Below, piece by piece: positions 37,603 to 51,024 of a stretch of DNA of 64,000 nt; within the stretch, counting starts at the first letter, position 1, and the number at the start of each line of letters is the position of its first letter. A program made the translations under genes and the position numbers. The notes under the pieces were generated by a model that had not been told where the DNA came from, did not search any database, and saw only the letters and a list, made by a program, of their open reading frames with translations. Source of the stretch: Trichosphaerium sp. ATCC 40318 (lineage: Eukaryota > Protista > Tubulinea); the NCBI GenBank assembly GCA_038496445.1, contig JALMLS010000520.1, positions 186,001 through 250,000 of the forward strand, written 5' to 3'.

Positions 37603-38061
37603 GATATCTTTTTTTGCGTTGTATCTATCTATTGGTAGAAGCAATTTTTACTTCAATATTTCGTTTTGCTATGTGTTTTGCGTAATTTCTTTTTATTTTA
37701 CATTTACAGCGATCTACCACTTGGCAAGCCTATCATGTTTGTTCCTGGTGCTGGAGGGAAAAAAGTGGCGAATACTGTTGGTAATAAACTCATACCAACA
37801 GCTGCTACTACAAAAATTGCGAACTAAATTGGTTAGAACACTGTAGCGCGTTAATGGGTGAATTAACTCACTTTGCTTGGTAAACTGTTAGTTTGCTGCT
37901 GTTGTGGCTGAAAATCGTTAAACCATGGTTGTGGGTCTTCGTTACCGCTCATCTTGTTCAAATGTCGTGTCAGAACTTAAAAAACTTGATTTTTGATAAA
38001 ACTGGCTTAAGCTTCCGCTGTCGGTTGCTCGTTGAGTATTCTACCACATTTTAGCAATATT

Positions 38062-39651
38062 ATGGACGGTGGTACGTCGTTTTAGCGATTGATTCAAAGC
38101 CATTATTGATGTATCAAGTTAAACAGTGGATGCTATGATGAAAAACCGTAAACGATACAAGAAATCTACAACAAATGGCCATAAAAAAAAGGAGGACGTT
38201 CATAAACCAAAAAGGAGACGAAACAATACAGAAGTATCTGTTAGACCTATTTCATTCATTCTTGGGTTGTTTTTCATTGTTTATTTGACTATGTTCGCTC
38301 TTGTGAAGGTTCAAGAGAAAGGTTCGTTTGTAATTTTTCTACCACTTATCAAAATGTACTATACGTAACTACGATGAGTTATACAATAGTAATAGTCATA
38401 AATAAGCGACTTTTTAAATCATACACGTCACAATATAACTCCAATTAGGATCCAATGGTGTAAATGATGTTTTGTACGCTTACAACAACCTATCGTAGCC
38501 CTTTTTACACATTTTAATTTTATTTCTTTTTCAACAGCTTCGCTGGACATTTGACACTCTTTATCGCTGGTGTTGGCCTTGTACTATGTAGAGAAAGTAT
38601 AATTGGTACGTTTAAAAAACAAACAATCAAGATGAACCACGTGGTTTTCTCATTACAAAAAAACCCGCTAAAGAAGGCGTCAAACTCACTTACGTAACAA
38701 CCGGAGTTGTCTAAGGCGAAAACAATTTTTTTCCTGTTTTTTTTTTTTAATTGTTTTTTTAAATGTTTCTTAGGTATTGCCATTGCATTTGCAGCGTACC
38801 CACATATGTCATTCACGTATGATATTATATATTGGCTAGTATTAGATAAGTTCCCAATGGGACGTTGTATTTTTCTTGAAGATATTGAGTTACATACTAA
38901 CTGGTACGTCATCCTTCGTTCTGCCTACGCACTATTTTTTTTTTTTCAAAGTTTTTGTATTCTTTTTTTGTTTGGCGTGTTGCTGTGTTTTTTGATACTC
39001 ATGTTCTTTTGCTTGGTTTGGTATATACGCTAAAAATCTTTGTAAAATAGGTGGATGACATTACACTCAGTTTGGATGATGCCACTACTCTATGCTGTTC
39101 TTTATTTGGAGTATCCAACTTTTGAAATGACTTTACGCCAATTTGCGACAGCTACTGGGATTCAACTTATTTTCTCTGCATTGGTAAAATATAATACTAT
39201 TGGTAGTGAATCGGTAACTCATGTTCGTATCCTTCAACAAATTCACGTGTCGGCAATCAACAAATTTCAACTTGACACTCACTTTTTTCTTCTCAATTTT
39301 TCATTTTATTCCTTCGTTGATTTGTCATTTTTCTTGCCTTTTATGTATTTCTTAACTCGATGAGTTATTGGTGATGAGTATTGGGAACCACCTGATTTTT
39401 TTAAAAGCCATGATAGAGATGAAATGATACCTTACTTAATGTGGATATTTGTATTCGAATGTCTTTTACTCAATAGCGTTGCATGGGTATTTCTTAAGCT
39501 CTTGACGTCATTTTTATTTGAACAAAAGACAAATCCTACGTATCAACCGAAGGTACTAAATATTAAATTTTCTAACGTATTCGGTGACACCAACGTCGAT
39601 CAATTTAATGGAAAAAATTTCAACTTATATTTTTCCTTCATTGAAATCTGA
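38062..39651 (+). CDS. multi-pass integral membrane protein, unknown function (multi-exon)
   Basis: Basic N-terminus followed by about 6-7 hydrophobic segments across GT-AG-bounded exons. Confidence 0.6.
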
Positions 39652-40655
39652 GGCTTCTTTTATCGTTCTACACTACTCTATTTGCTGTGTATAGTGTTGA
39701 ACAATAATTTATTTCGTGATTACACATGTAAATTTCTTTGAAGGCACTGTTATGTTGTCTACGGAGGATGTGTTAGCATTCTGTTTGAAAATGTCTTTTT
39801 TTCTCTTAATTTAGTTTATTGTTCTGATGTGTCTTTTAGTCTTCGAAGAAACCAAATCCAGCTGATAAGAAGGGAAAGGCGTCATAGAGTTTCATTTTTT
39901 AATACCAAGGTAAAACAAGAATCAGGGATCTTTAATATGATGGTGATCATTGTAAAACTTGGAAAAATTCTTCGCTTTTCTGTTTTTACCAAAAAAAGGC
40001 TTTAGAACAAAAAAAGCTCAATTTGGGTTGTAAAAGAACAAAAATTATTGTTAGCACAATACCAATATATGTAAATTGCAATGACACAGGATTAATACCA
40101 AAAAAACCAAACCACTTACTGCGCAACTTTTTTTGTCGATGAAAGTCAGACTGGGTAAAAAAAAAAAGACCAGGTACGTACTGGATACACTCAGTGCTTT
40201 TAATTTATTTTTCTCCGATGTTACGAACGAAAAATGCTAGAATAACATTTTTACTATTGCTATTATTGTATTTATGAATAACAGAAATGAGTACCAATGA
40301 TCAAAACTGGACGTGTCAAAAAAATGAGAAAAGTTTTTTTATCTTTCCTTTTTCTTAGCAATACATCTCTTAGTTTATCTCAAACAACCCAACCTATGAG
40401 TTTAAGGTCATTTAAATGATGTTCTAGACTTACTATTTTTGAACTTAATCGTAGCTCTGGCGCTCAAATTGTAGAATAACAGCAAAAAAAAACCGCGCCA
40501 AGTTCTATCGTATTGAATGAGGTGTCACTTTTATAAAATGACTTGATGGCCTTAAGTAGGCATTTGAAAGAATACCCAAATTAAGAATCTCGTAACTAAA
40601 ACTACAAAAAGGCTTTTCTTGTAGAGTGTCGCAATACCTTGCGTTTTATAATCTA

Positions 40656-43581
40656 ATGTCTCTACCCTACGGCGTGCTCACCGTAGCGCTTGTGCTTTGC
40701 ATAGCTCATCCAGTTTTCTCCCATGAAGGCATTCACACCTGTATACACGATAAAATGGAGCGTCCAGAGATTAATTACGTGCAACAAGATCATTCTCACT
40801 GGAAACGTAACGTAGACAATATCGAACAAACTAGAGAAGCCTACTACAGCCAGCAGTTTCGTATGGAGCTTGTAACAGATTATGTGGACGTAAGCGTCGA
40901 TGCCAGTTGTACGATAATCGATACTGTTTGTTTTGCAACGAATACTACGCTAGTCATACGCTTAGCAAGGGTTATTAACTATTTTTGTAGTGGACCCAGC
41001 TTATACCCCCGAAACACTAAATTACCTGCTTACAGTACTGCTTCCTGAAGCACAGCAGCAATTAGAAGAGATCTTAAAGGTATGACGTTACATCTTTTGC
41101 ATTGTTTCCTAAATACCATTTTAGGTCCATGCGATACCACGTCTCGTGATAGGATCAGGAGGTTGTGGTAATGTCATTACAACCACACCAGCTCGATACT
41201 CAAATGTAAGTGCTTTTTTTGGCCAACTGACTTTTTTTTGACATTCTTCTTGTTTTAGCCTCCAGCAACGACTGACTATGATTTTATCATGTTCGTTACT
41301 GGTAGATCAACCAATCCAGGTGTTTTGGCTTTCGCAGCTCCATGTGATGTACGTACACTTCTATTATTCTGTTGGAAATAGCTTATATTGGTTAGACAGA
41401 CGCAGAAACTGGTAGACCGATCTCAGGGTTTCTGAATGTTGGTGGCGGTAGTGTAAGTCTAGACGCTGGTCAAAAGCAAGGACAAGTCGGTGTCATGGTT
41501 CACGAGATGTTACACGCTCTTGGATTCACTTCTGGTAGTTTTGGTTCTTCTCGTTGGGGTAGTTACAACGCAAATACTGGCAACTTTAGTACGTACTTCT
41601 ATTTTTTTGTTTGGTTTTTTTTTGAAGTGCTGATAGCTTTATTTAGCTCGGGAGTCTACCGGTAGTAACAAGTATGCAGAGATCAGCATTGCATCTGGAA
41701 CTACTACTAAAAATGTTCTAAAAATGAATACTCCCGAAGTTCTTAAAGTAGTGAGGGAACAGTTTGATTGCCCAACGCTTGATGGTGTATGTTAATTTTT
41801 TTGTAAAGAATCAACCTCGGCATAGCTAAATGTTACCCTTTGAATAGGCTGAATTAGAAGATCAAGGTGCAGGAGGTACAGCTGGTTCTCATTGGGAAAA
41901 ACGTTTGTTCCTTACCGAGACAATGGCTGGTTCAGCATCACGATTTCCAGTTCTCAGCAGGCTCACTCTGGCTGTTTTAAAGGTAAACCAAACATTTGTT
42001 ACTGAATATTCACTTATATTAATCAACTTTAGGATGCTGGTTGGTATGACCCTGATTTTACAAAAGCTAGGGTGCTTTCTTGGGGCCGTGGCATGGTACG
42101 CAAATAACGAACGAACTTTACTTTTCTGTTGTGCTTATGGGTCTTTCTTATTTCTAGGGATGTCAGTTTGCACTAAATGATTGTGGTTTATGGCCAAAAG
42201 TAGGTGACAGTGATCAAGGTGAAGGTATAGGTTGTGATAGTAAGAAGGTATGTTGTTTTACTTTTCTTTTTGTAGCAAGCTTATAAGGTTGTACAGGGCT
42301 TAACTGAGAACGATGCTCAATGTTCTCATGATCTCTTGGGGGCAGGTGTTTGTAATGTTGTAGATTTTACAAACCCTCTACCAGCTGAGTACCAGTACGT
42401 ACTCAACTTTCTGTTTGAGGTCATGATTTCACCCCGCTAACTTTTTTTTTCTCATTTAGACATTTCAGTGATCCTAACCGTGGAGGTTCACCTGATAACT
42501 CAGCCAATCTTGCAGACCATTGCACCTATATTCAAGTGTTTTCAAACCTTTATTGTCGTCCGAATACTACAGCAGAGTTTAAGTTTGAACTTGATGCTGG
42601 AGAGTCTAACGAGGAATTTGCAAGATGCTTTAGAAGTGACCTTGCTCCAAAGATTCTTGGTGTAGAACTAAGTCAATTTGAAAAATCACGTTGTTACAAT
42701 ACATCTTGTCAAAACAGTGATACACTTCGTGTACAAGTTGATAGTATTTGGTATGTCTGTACTGATGGCCTGAATGTCAATGTACGTTTGTGTAATATTA
42801 TGTGGCAACTGTTTGTTGTTACGTCTCGATGTTCTTCGTTTTTTGTTAATTTTTTTTACTTTTAGCCTGTTACAAGAGGTGGTTCTATCAAGTGTCCTAA
42901 TGGAGGTGCTATAAGGCTTTGCGGTCATGCAGAAAGTGATTTTGAGTGGCCTGAATTGTTAAGTGTCTCTCCTATAAAGGGACCACCTGGAACACTTGTT
43001 ACTCTTATTGGTACTAACTTCAAGGCTGATTTTATGCATGTTGAAGTAGCACGTAAAACAATGACTGATGTCGTTGTTTTCAACTCTACTCATATGCAAG
43101 CCAAGATTCCTGATAAATCCAACTTCAAGGATCCTACACGTGTTTTCACTAGTAATTCAGAGTATGTCGCTGTCCGAGATGGTTCAGGTGCGTTCAATGA
43201 AGTTTTTTTTCAAAACGAAGAAACAATATCAAAAAACAAAGTGTTGGTTGTTGATAAGCTCTTTAGTATTTCTGTTTTTTTTTGATTAACATTTTCAAAT
43301 AGGTAGAACTGCTCATATAGATAATGCTTTTGAAATTGACGTCGGTATTGGTGTACGTCACGTAGTGTTTTTTTGTGAAAAAAAAAGCTTCATCTTTAGT
43401 TTTGTTTTTGTTTTTTGTTGTTGGTTTTGACGTTTCTTAGGATTTACCTTGGTGGGTTATTCTCCTTTGTGTTGTTGGCGCTATTGTAGTACTATCTCTA
43501 ACATTCTTTATCATATACAAGATTATCAAATGTTGTATGCCTAAGAGACCAGACGGCAAGGAATCTCAATCTTTTAAATAA
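40656..43581 (+). CDS. leishmanolysin/GP63 (M8) metallopeptidase with IPT/TIG domain and C-terminal TM helix
   Basis: Signal peptide, HTCIHD pro-motif, VHEMLHALGF, ELEDQGAGGTAGSHWEKRLFLTETM, Cys-rich region, SVSPIKGPPGTLVTLIGTNF (IPT), LPWWVILLCVVGAIVVLSLTFLII. Confidence 0.92.
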
Positions 43582-44373
43582 ATTATGTAAGTTTTTTTCA
43601 AAAAATATGCAAAAACTCTTTGTGGTAATTAGTTATTTGAATAGCCTTTCCTAAATTTTAGACGTACTAAGTTTAAAGAGTTTGGGAACTTGACAAAGAA
43701 GGAATCTTATAAAGCAGAGATTGTAGGTTGCTCTTTGTTTCGAATATCGGAATATTTTGTTGTTGGTATCATAAAACTATGCCGGTTTGTTTTTTGAATG
43801 TGAGTGTTTTTGGAGAGAAAGAATTAAGGGTTACTATGACACTTTTATGTACAAAGTCGAACAAATTTTCGATAAACAAAACTATAAGCAACCATGTATC
43901 ATGTGCTTTTTTCTGGACGGTTGTTTTCGGTTCAGATTTTGTGGGATGGTCAGTTTTTTTTTGGTTGTGATGTTCTTTGATCAGCTACTGTTGAAGCAAT
44001 GTGTTGATATTTAAGACAATTCGTTATCCTATAAATAGTTAACGAACTTGTCATCATTAAAAACGTGCCCATTGAAAAAGTGCTTTTTTTTTTTCACACG
44101 TAAAACAATGTCACTACGTTGTAGTCTAACGGGCCAAGCGAGTAGTTGAATCAGTGGATACAATGTTAATTTATTAATAGTTATTTCAATGTCTTACGCT
44201 TGTGGTCACGCTCTATCTATTCTATCCACATGTAGGTAGTATACATTGGCGTTTTTTGGTCGAACCGTTTGTAGTATATAAAACTGCACAAGATTTTTTT
44301 GTGAATTAAATCATAGCTCTCAATGCACAACAATTATTTCGGAGCGTTTTTTTTTTCACTTCACAGCCTCTTC

Positions 44374-46944
44374 ATGATCATGGCCACATCTCATCACGTG
44401 CGTATTGTATTAATAGTAACCGTGTTATCCTTTAAATAACAGTAATATTGACACTAGTCTCATAGGTTATCGTAATAGTGATACTGCAGGCATTGTTATT
44501 TAGTTTCGCCTCTTCTCAACCTTGGAACGATTTACAAGCAAAAGTTGACGGATATATTTTATTACCTGGTGACCCTACATATGAATATATAAGGTATTTA
44601 TTAATATTACTACATCAGTTTATCCTTACGCTAATTTTTCGAATCCGTTTTTCCGCGTGAGTTGGGTCGCTTGTGTTTTTGTTAGTAATTTTGTTATTTT
44701 TAGATCTAAAGTACTCTCGTTACCGAACGATGTACCTCCAGATCAACCTAGAGCTATTATACAACCTTTATCAACGCAAGATGTTAGTGAAGTTATGAAG
44801 TTTGCCAAAAATCATAGTATTCCACAAGTAACAGCGCTTGCAGGCACGTGACTGTTTTGAGAATCACTTTTTTTTTTTACTCTTCCAGATTTTTTTTGTA
44901 ATTGTTTGCTTCTTTCGGCTTACTTCCGTTTTTTGATTTCCCTGTATAAAAAAATGAGCTAATAGTAGTGTTACCTCTTAGGTGGTCACTCTCCCGATGG
45001 TTTTTCGTTCCCTACCGATGGCATTCAAGTAGATTTTTCCCTTATGAAAAATTTTACTTTAGACACTATGAACAAGCACGCTACTATTCAACCAGGTAAG
45101 AACGAGTCGTTGTGGTTTGGTAATGGTGTAGCTAACTTGTTTACGTAGGTGTTTTTTCGGGTAACATCACAATCGCTCTCAATGGTACAGGGTTAGGTAT
45201 ACCCCAAGGAGATTGTCCAACAATAGGTCTTGGTACGAGAACATTTTCCAAAGTCACGTGCGCTTTTGGTTTTAATTTTTTTCTTTAGGCGGATTTTTAT
45301 CTTATGGAGGGTATGGAGCGCTCTCTCGAACACAAGGTCTAGGTATTGACGCTATTCTTGAGTATGAACTTGTTGTTGCGAATGGTACTGTTTTAATTGT
45401 CAACAGCACATTAAATACAGATTTATTCTTCGCTCTTCGTGGTGCGTTGCCAGCTTTTGGAATAGCCACGAGAATAAAAGTGAAGCTATTTGACATATCC
45501 GATTTTTTTGGCGGAATTCTCCTATACGACGTACCTGAAGCGAATGCTTCGTCTTTTCTCAAGGATTGGTATAATACGATAATGAATACAAGCGATCTTA
45601 TTGATGACCCAAATTTTATGACACGTGTCAATACGAGAAAAGCTTTTGGATTTCCTTCTTTTCTTAGAATGACAATTGCTATTATGTTCTTTGGTGATGA
45701 TTCTGATGCTTTAAAAAAACAGAGACTGATGCCTTTGATTGATATCGATAATATAGACTTTTATCCACAATATAGGGTACAAGGATTCGATGATTTAATG
45801 CCGGCAGATTACTACAATTTTCATCTTTGGAACTTTGAAAGCTTCTTGTCAAGTGTTCAGTTTTTTTCTAATCTTCAACCTTACTATCGACATGGTATGC
45901 TTTCAAATGAACGAATGAAGTCACCTGGTACTATAGATAGCGTTGTTGATATTTTCGTTTCTGGGTTTGATAGTACACAACCAGTGACGTTTGGTCAAGC
46001 TGGAGAACTGGGTATTGTTGGCGGACAAGTCACAAATATTCCTAAAAATGAAACATCTTTCTTTGCCAGAGATTTTGATTTCGTTTGGGGATGGTGGACT
46101 TCTTATAGGACTACCACAGAATTCGACGCTGGAAGACAATATTATGATGGATTGGCGTCATCTCTAACTACACTATCTCAGAACAGAGGGTTTTATGGTA
46201 ACCTCAATACAATCAAGTTCTCGAGGGAATTTGATGCTCTAGGTATGTGTCTCCCTACCTTCCTTCTTTAACAGACTCTTACTTATTCAGGCACTAATAT
46301 CCCTAAACTCGAATCGATTAAAGAAAAGTGGGACTCAGATAATATGTTTTCACGTACATGGGACATCACACCAGGTGTAGGATGTACGAAATGATTTTTT
46401 CTGTTCTTTTTATTACAACTTAATCATGTTTTTAAGTGCGTTGTGCGTCTTCTTGCAAGAGTACTCTCGTGTTTTATCCTCATTACTACTTTGGATTTAC
46501 GATATTCTTGAATCAGTCTATAGAGTTTGGCGACTTGGATATTAATAGTTTCCTCTCTGTTGATTTGTACAACCCAGAATTGGATAATATTTATTCAAGT
46601 ACTTATGAATACTGGGACGGATACTGGACACCTCACTATCACAACGGAACGTTAATAGTATGTGAACGATACAGAGTTAACTTAATGTCATTCTAACGTA
46701 AATAACGTAGCATTGGTCATACTATGATGGATCGCGATATGTTCTTTTAAAGAATGTGCACACCAGTACACCAAAAATAATTGTTTCGGTTAGTGGTGAT
46801 GCAGCCTCCCTCTGCGGCTCCTTGCCGTTGACATTCCCGGTATATGTTAGGATAGAAACTGGAACTGAACAATGCGTACATGCTACTTTTACCGATGGCC
46901 TTAATACACATTTTGCGTTCATGGCAGAAAACACGTGCGATTGA
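44374..46944 (+). CDS. secreted FAD-linked oxidoreductase (berberine-bridge-enzyme-like) with C-terminal extension
   Basis: Signal peptide, PRAIIQP...DVSEVMKFA, AGGHS, GDCPTIGLGGFLSYGGYG, DLFFALRG, GTNIPKLESIKEKWDSDNMF. Confidence 0.9.
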
Positions 46945-47249
46945 CCGGAAGATGGAATTTTTTTTTGTACTTTTAAATCAATGAGAATAAAACATAGCAG
47001 TTGTTGGACTTCTGCATCTAGAAATTAAATACAATTCAATTAACTAGCCAGTATTCATGTCAAGTATTAGTGACGTCTATTCTGTTACTAAATTGTTTAC
47101 AAGTCGGATGCCGGATGTGAACTTAAAAAGATATGACACGAAAAGGATGTGAAAGAAGTCATTATAAGAGTGCAAGAAATATACATTACTGAGAGCGAAT
47201 ATAATCTAGAATTTACGTGTAAGTGCTTTGCTCTTACGCTTAATTAGAA

Positions 47250-47321
47250 GTTCCCTTAGCTCAGAAGGGAGAGCGCCAGGCTTCATCCAGGCGGTCGTGA
47301 GATCGATACTTACAAAGTTCA
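47250..47321 (+). pseudogene. tRNA-like pseudogene/fragment
   Basis: D-arm GCTC-AGAAGGGA-GAGC, T-arm GTGAG-ATCGATA-CTTAC, A/B-box-like motifs; acceptor stem largely unpaired and anticodon arm CCAGG-CTTCAT-CCAGG defective. Confidence 0.55.
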
Positions 47322-47829
47322 TATTATTTTCGAGAATTGTGTTTATAGTGTACTTTACGGCAGCAAAGGCTTAGGTTTAGGAACCTTGACCTTCACACAT
47401 CAGAAAAAAACGTTTTATTTCATGGAAGCAGCAATTGAATAAGCCCGTACGATTGATACTTATTTTTCTGCTTTGCTAACACTCAGTTGTTGAGGAAATG
47501 TGTTATTGATGCTAAATACCTCCCATCTTTAATTCGGAGGCGATGTGGCATCTTAAAAATATCGTAAAAAAGTAAAACCTAAATCAACATTGGTTTTAGT
47601 CTCTTCATGTTTTGTCCTCATGCTGTGCTTAGCAAATCATATTGATTATCGCGGAAAAACGCAACCTATCACTTACATTTAATAACCAGTTCCATTTCAT
47701 TTCAAAACGAATTATCACGTGATAGACAAGACAAAAGAAATGTTGTTGGAAGTTCAGAAAATCTCTTGTTAGGCAATAGTCAAAACCGCTAGATATTTAT
47801 TGTGACAAGTACCATTAAATATTACATGA

Positions 47830-49833
47830 TGACAATGAGGTGGAGAAATACCATGCTCCAAATAGTTCTTCAATCGGAGTCTTGCTTTTTTTTTCCACTC
47901 GTATTAATTATTCAGCAATCACTGCCACACAAGCCAACAATAGTAAACACCCCTTGTTTCTACTCCTATGGTTCTGTATCAATGTAGACTGTTATGTGGA
48001 TGCCTTCCTGCGCGAAACAAGAGCCAAATGGCGGTACGCATGAGATTAAGATCAGGCATATTCCGAGCGCTTGTTGGTACGCTGAACTACAACTATATCT
48101 AATAACGGCAGTTTTGGTGTTTATTAACTCGTCAATCAGGTATTTTGAGCGCCGTTATATTCACGTTTTTCTTCCTCACTGTGGCGTTTGATGTATATTC
48201 AGTTAGCGTTTTCAGAAGTAGAGATCAGCTTCTCCAGGACACAATAGCTGTCACTGACGCCATAGCATCAGAAAGGGTATGGGCAACTATCGTTATTGGG
48301 ACTGATGGGCGTTTTGGAAAATCAACTTTTGGTACGAAATGCCAACAAACACGCTTATGTCACGTGATTATTTTCTTACGAACTAAGACCCTGTATTTAG
48401 CAAACCGTACTAGTGAAGTTGATAAGAAGCTGGAAAGACTAAGAAAGGATAGAGACAATACTCTAGGAAATTATGAACGGCTAAATACAGCAATTCAGGC
48501 ATACGATGACTCGGGCATTGTATTTCACCGTGACAAGGTAATAGAACGCCTAGTAGTTCTTTATATTGATGGCACTTAGGTCCTTAACCTTAGCATAAGC
48601 GGAGAGGCGTCGTTGAAATACTACACGACATTAAACAGGTTTTATTTCGATTTTTTGAGGAGAGATAGTTTCACCAATATTGAAGCTTCAAGCAGGCGTC
48701 TGTTAGCGCTTGTACGTATAAATATGGTATGTTTGTGATTTTTTTTCTAATTACTGCGGTGACGTCACTAAGAGATTTTTTCAGCTTCATGAATACTCCT
48801 CGGAAGAACGTGGAGCGTTAAGTTTCCTCATATTAAGCGGTAAACAATAGAATCTGATCAAAATATGGAATACATTTGACTTCTTGTTTAGGGTCTTACA
48901 GAGATGATAGCGTTTATTCTAATATAATACGTATTCTATCTAATAAAGACGCTATTCGTGAGGAACTAGAGTTATTATTAGAACATGATGATGAAGATTT
49001 ATACAACGAAATACTTGTAAGTCAACAGTCTTGTTTACTTTCTCGACTCATTTTTTTGAATAGAATAATTCAACAAATGTTCAAGCAACTAACATAACCG
49101 ATTCGATGAGAACAACTTTATTAGACGCCCATGTAAATAACGCATCTTTTAATCTTAATGTTGGTCATTGGTTCAATAATATGTCCATAGTTGTGGATAT
49201 GATGGAGCCTCTTCACAAACATATTTTGTACGTTTTACTTTTCTCTTTTTTTTCTCTTTTTTTTCTTTTTTTCTGGAATCACGTGGTAAAATATTGTTTT
49301 TATGTATGCGCCATAAATTTTGTAAAGAGATACTCAATTAGTTTTTGTAAAAACATGACTGATTGATTCTTATTTTTAGTGACAAACATGAAGCTTTGCT
49401 CCGAACGAATTTTATATACTTCGTTTTTGCGTTTGTCTTGGCCTTGATTGGTCTCATCATAGAAGTCATTGCGTGTACACTACTTATATACCTTGCTTGG
49501 CCAGTTCTTAAGTTATTTTGGACGATGGAAGGAAAAGCAAAAAAGTAAGAACTCGAAGATTTCATGTCATCTCCTGTTTCCGTACCTCTTTTCTTGTCTT
49601 TGTTAATCACGTTTAGGGTATCAAGTACAAAATCTTCTACAGCGAATAGTACAGACCATGTAATAGACGCTATGCCAACACCAGAAGTGACGCGAACTAT
49701 TAAGAAACATAACACATTAGAACTTGTTATCTCGGATTCTACTGATACAGAAATATCGTCATTACAACAACATACAATAGAAGAACAGGATATGGAAGAA
49801 CAAAGCTCTGAATTAACAACAATGGAGATGTAA
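47830..49833 (+). CDS. membrane protein with NIT (nitrate/nitrite-sensing)-like extracellular domain; start approximate
   Basis: TM, AIASERVWAT...SLKYYTTLN...LHEYSSEERGAL...HWFNNMSIVVDMM, second TM, acidic Ser/Thr-rich tail. Confidence 0.6.
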
Positions 49834-50208
49834 ACACTTCTTTGTTTGAAAAAAAACTGCCCTTGTCTTCAACAACTACCAATGATGATAGTCTGGACTT
49901 TTCAGAACCGATGGTAAAGCCACTAATGACTTTTCAACTCTGCAAACTCCCTAAAAGCCCAAATGTATTTTATAAACCAGATTTGTTCGATATGTTCCTC
50001 ATTGTCGAAGTTCCACGCGCTATGAACTCTTTTTTTGTTCGATTTTTTATTCTAGCTTTGTTACCATTACCCAGATAGAATCGATCAGGTGATGGATAAG
50101 CTAAACTTAGGATGATTGTGAATGTGTAAGCACTTTAATCCATCAGAAATATTTGATATTAAAGAGCTTCCATACTAGCTACTAGCAAATAGCTTTTTAC
50201 TCTGCTAC

Positions 50209-50939
50209 TTATGCTTTATTTACAGCTATTGTACTTATAGTGAGGTCTACAACGTTGCTTAGAATATGAGACCAGTGTTTAAACTTAGAGCAAGAAACCT
50301 CAGATAACCTCTTTTCCGTGTTGATCATAATAAATACTTGAAGAGGAAACACATCGGGAGAGCTATCATCACCAATATAAACTTCTGATAACTTGCCCTT
50401 AAGAGCTAGTGTATTTGGACGTACAAACATAAAGTGATAAAACTTTGCAGTATGTAAAGTAATAAATAAAATTGTAAACTAATGGTAACGTTCATCGTTT
50501 GTGCCTTGCAGAAATAATGTAAGTGATTTTCTTCAATATTGATTACTAGTGAAGAAAATAGTGTTCTTTGCTACCTTAACACCCGATACAATTAATACTT
50601 AAGCGAGGCTTTAGACATTCTTGTCAGGGTTTGTTGTTTTCATTGCAAGTCTGTTAAACTTAAATGTTATTTATATTTAAGGTGGTTTATTATACCACTC
50701 CCATCGACGTGAAAAACTATCTTTAAGTCAGTAATTTGAATGGGTATCATGTACCAAAAACAATGTTGGTCACGTGTAGTTTGAAGAAAACAACAGTCCC
50801 TCGTTTTCTTGAAATTGCTTGAACTGAAGTGTTGCATAAAAAGAAGGCAATTTAGTCTGTCTTTTGGTGAATGTATCGACAACTCAAGGTCTTTAGATTG
50901 CAGGTCGGACAGGAAGAGTTTACTATTGAACACAAGCAT
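50209..50939 (-). CDS. hypothetical protein (exon fragments; limits uncertain)
   Basis: Open minus-strand segments bounded by splice-like sites; no recognisable domain. Confidence 0.3.
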
Positions 50940-51024
50940 TGATCAACTTTGCTACTGTTCTTTTACGCATCGATTAGTGATGCAGAAAACAACAAAAAGC
51001 AGTTTGTAATTAGCTTGCTTCAAT

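Noticed and set aside
43728-44014. Cys/Phe-rich short ORFs
   Set aside because: Products of T-rich intergenic sequence.
47250-47321. Functional selenocysteine or opal-suppressor tRNA, or a non-standard genetic code
   Set aside because: No long variable arm, broken acceptor stem; TAA, TAG and TGA all terminate conserved genes here.
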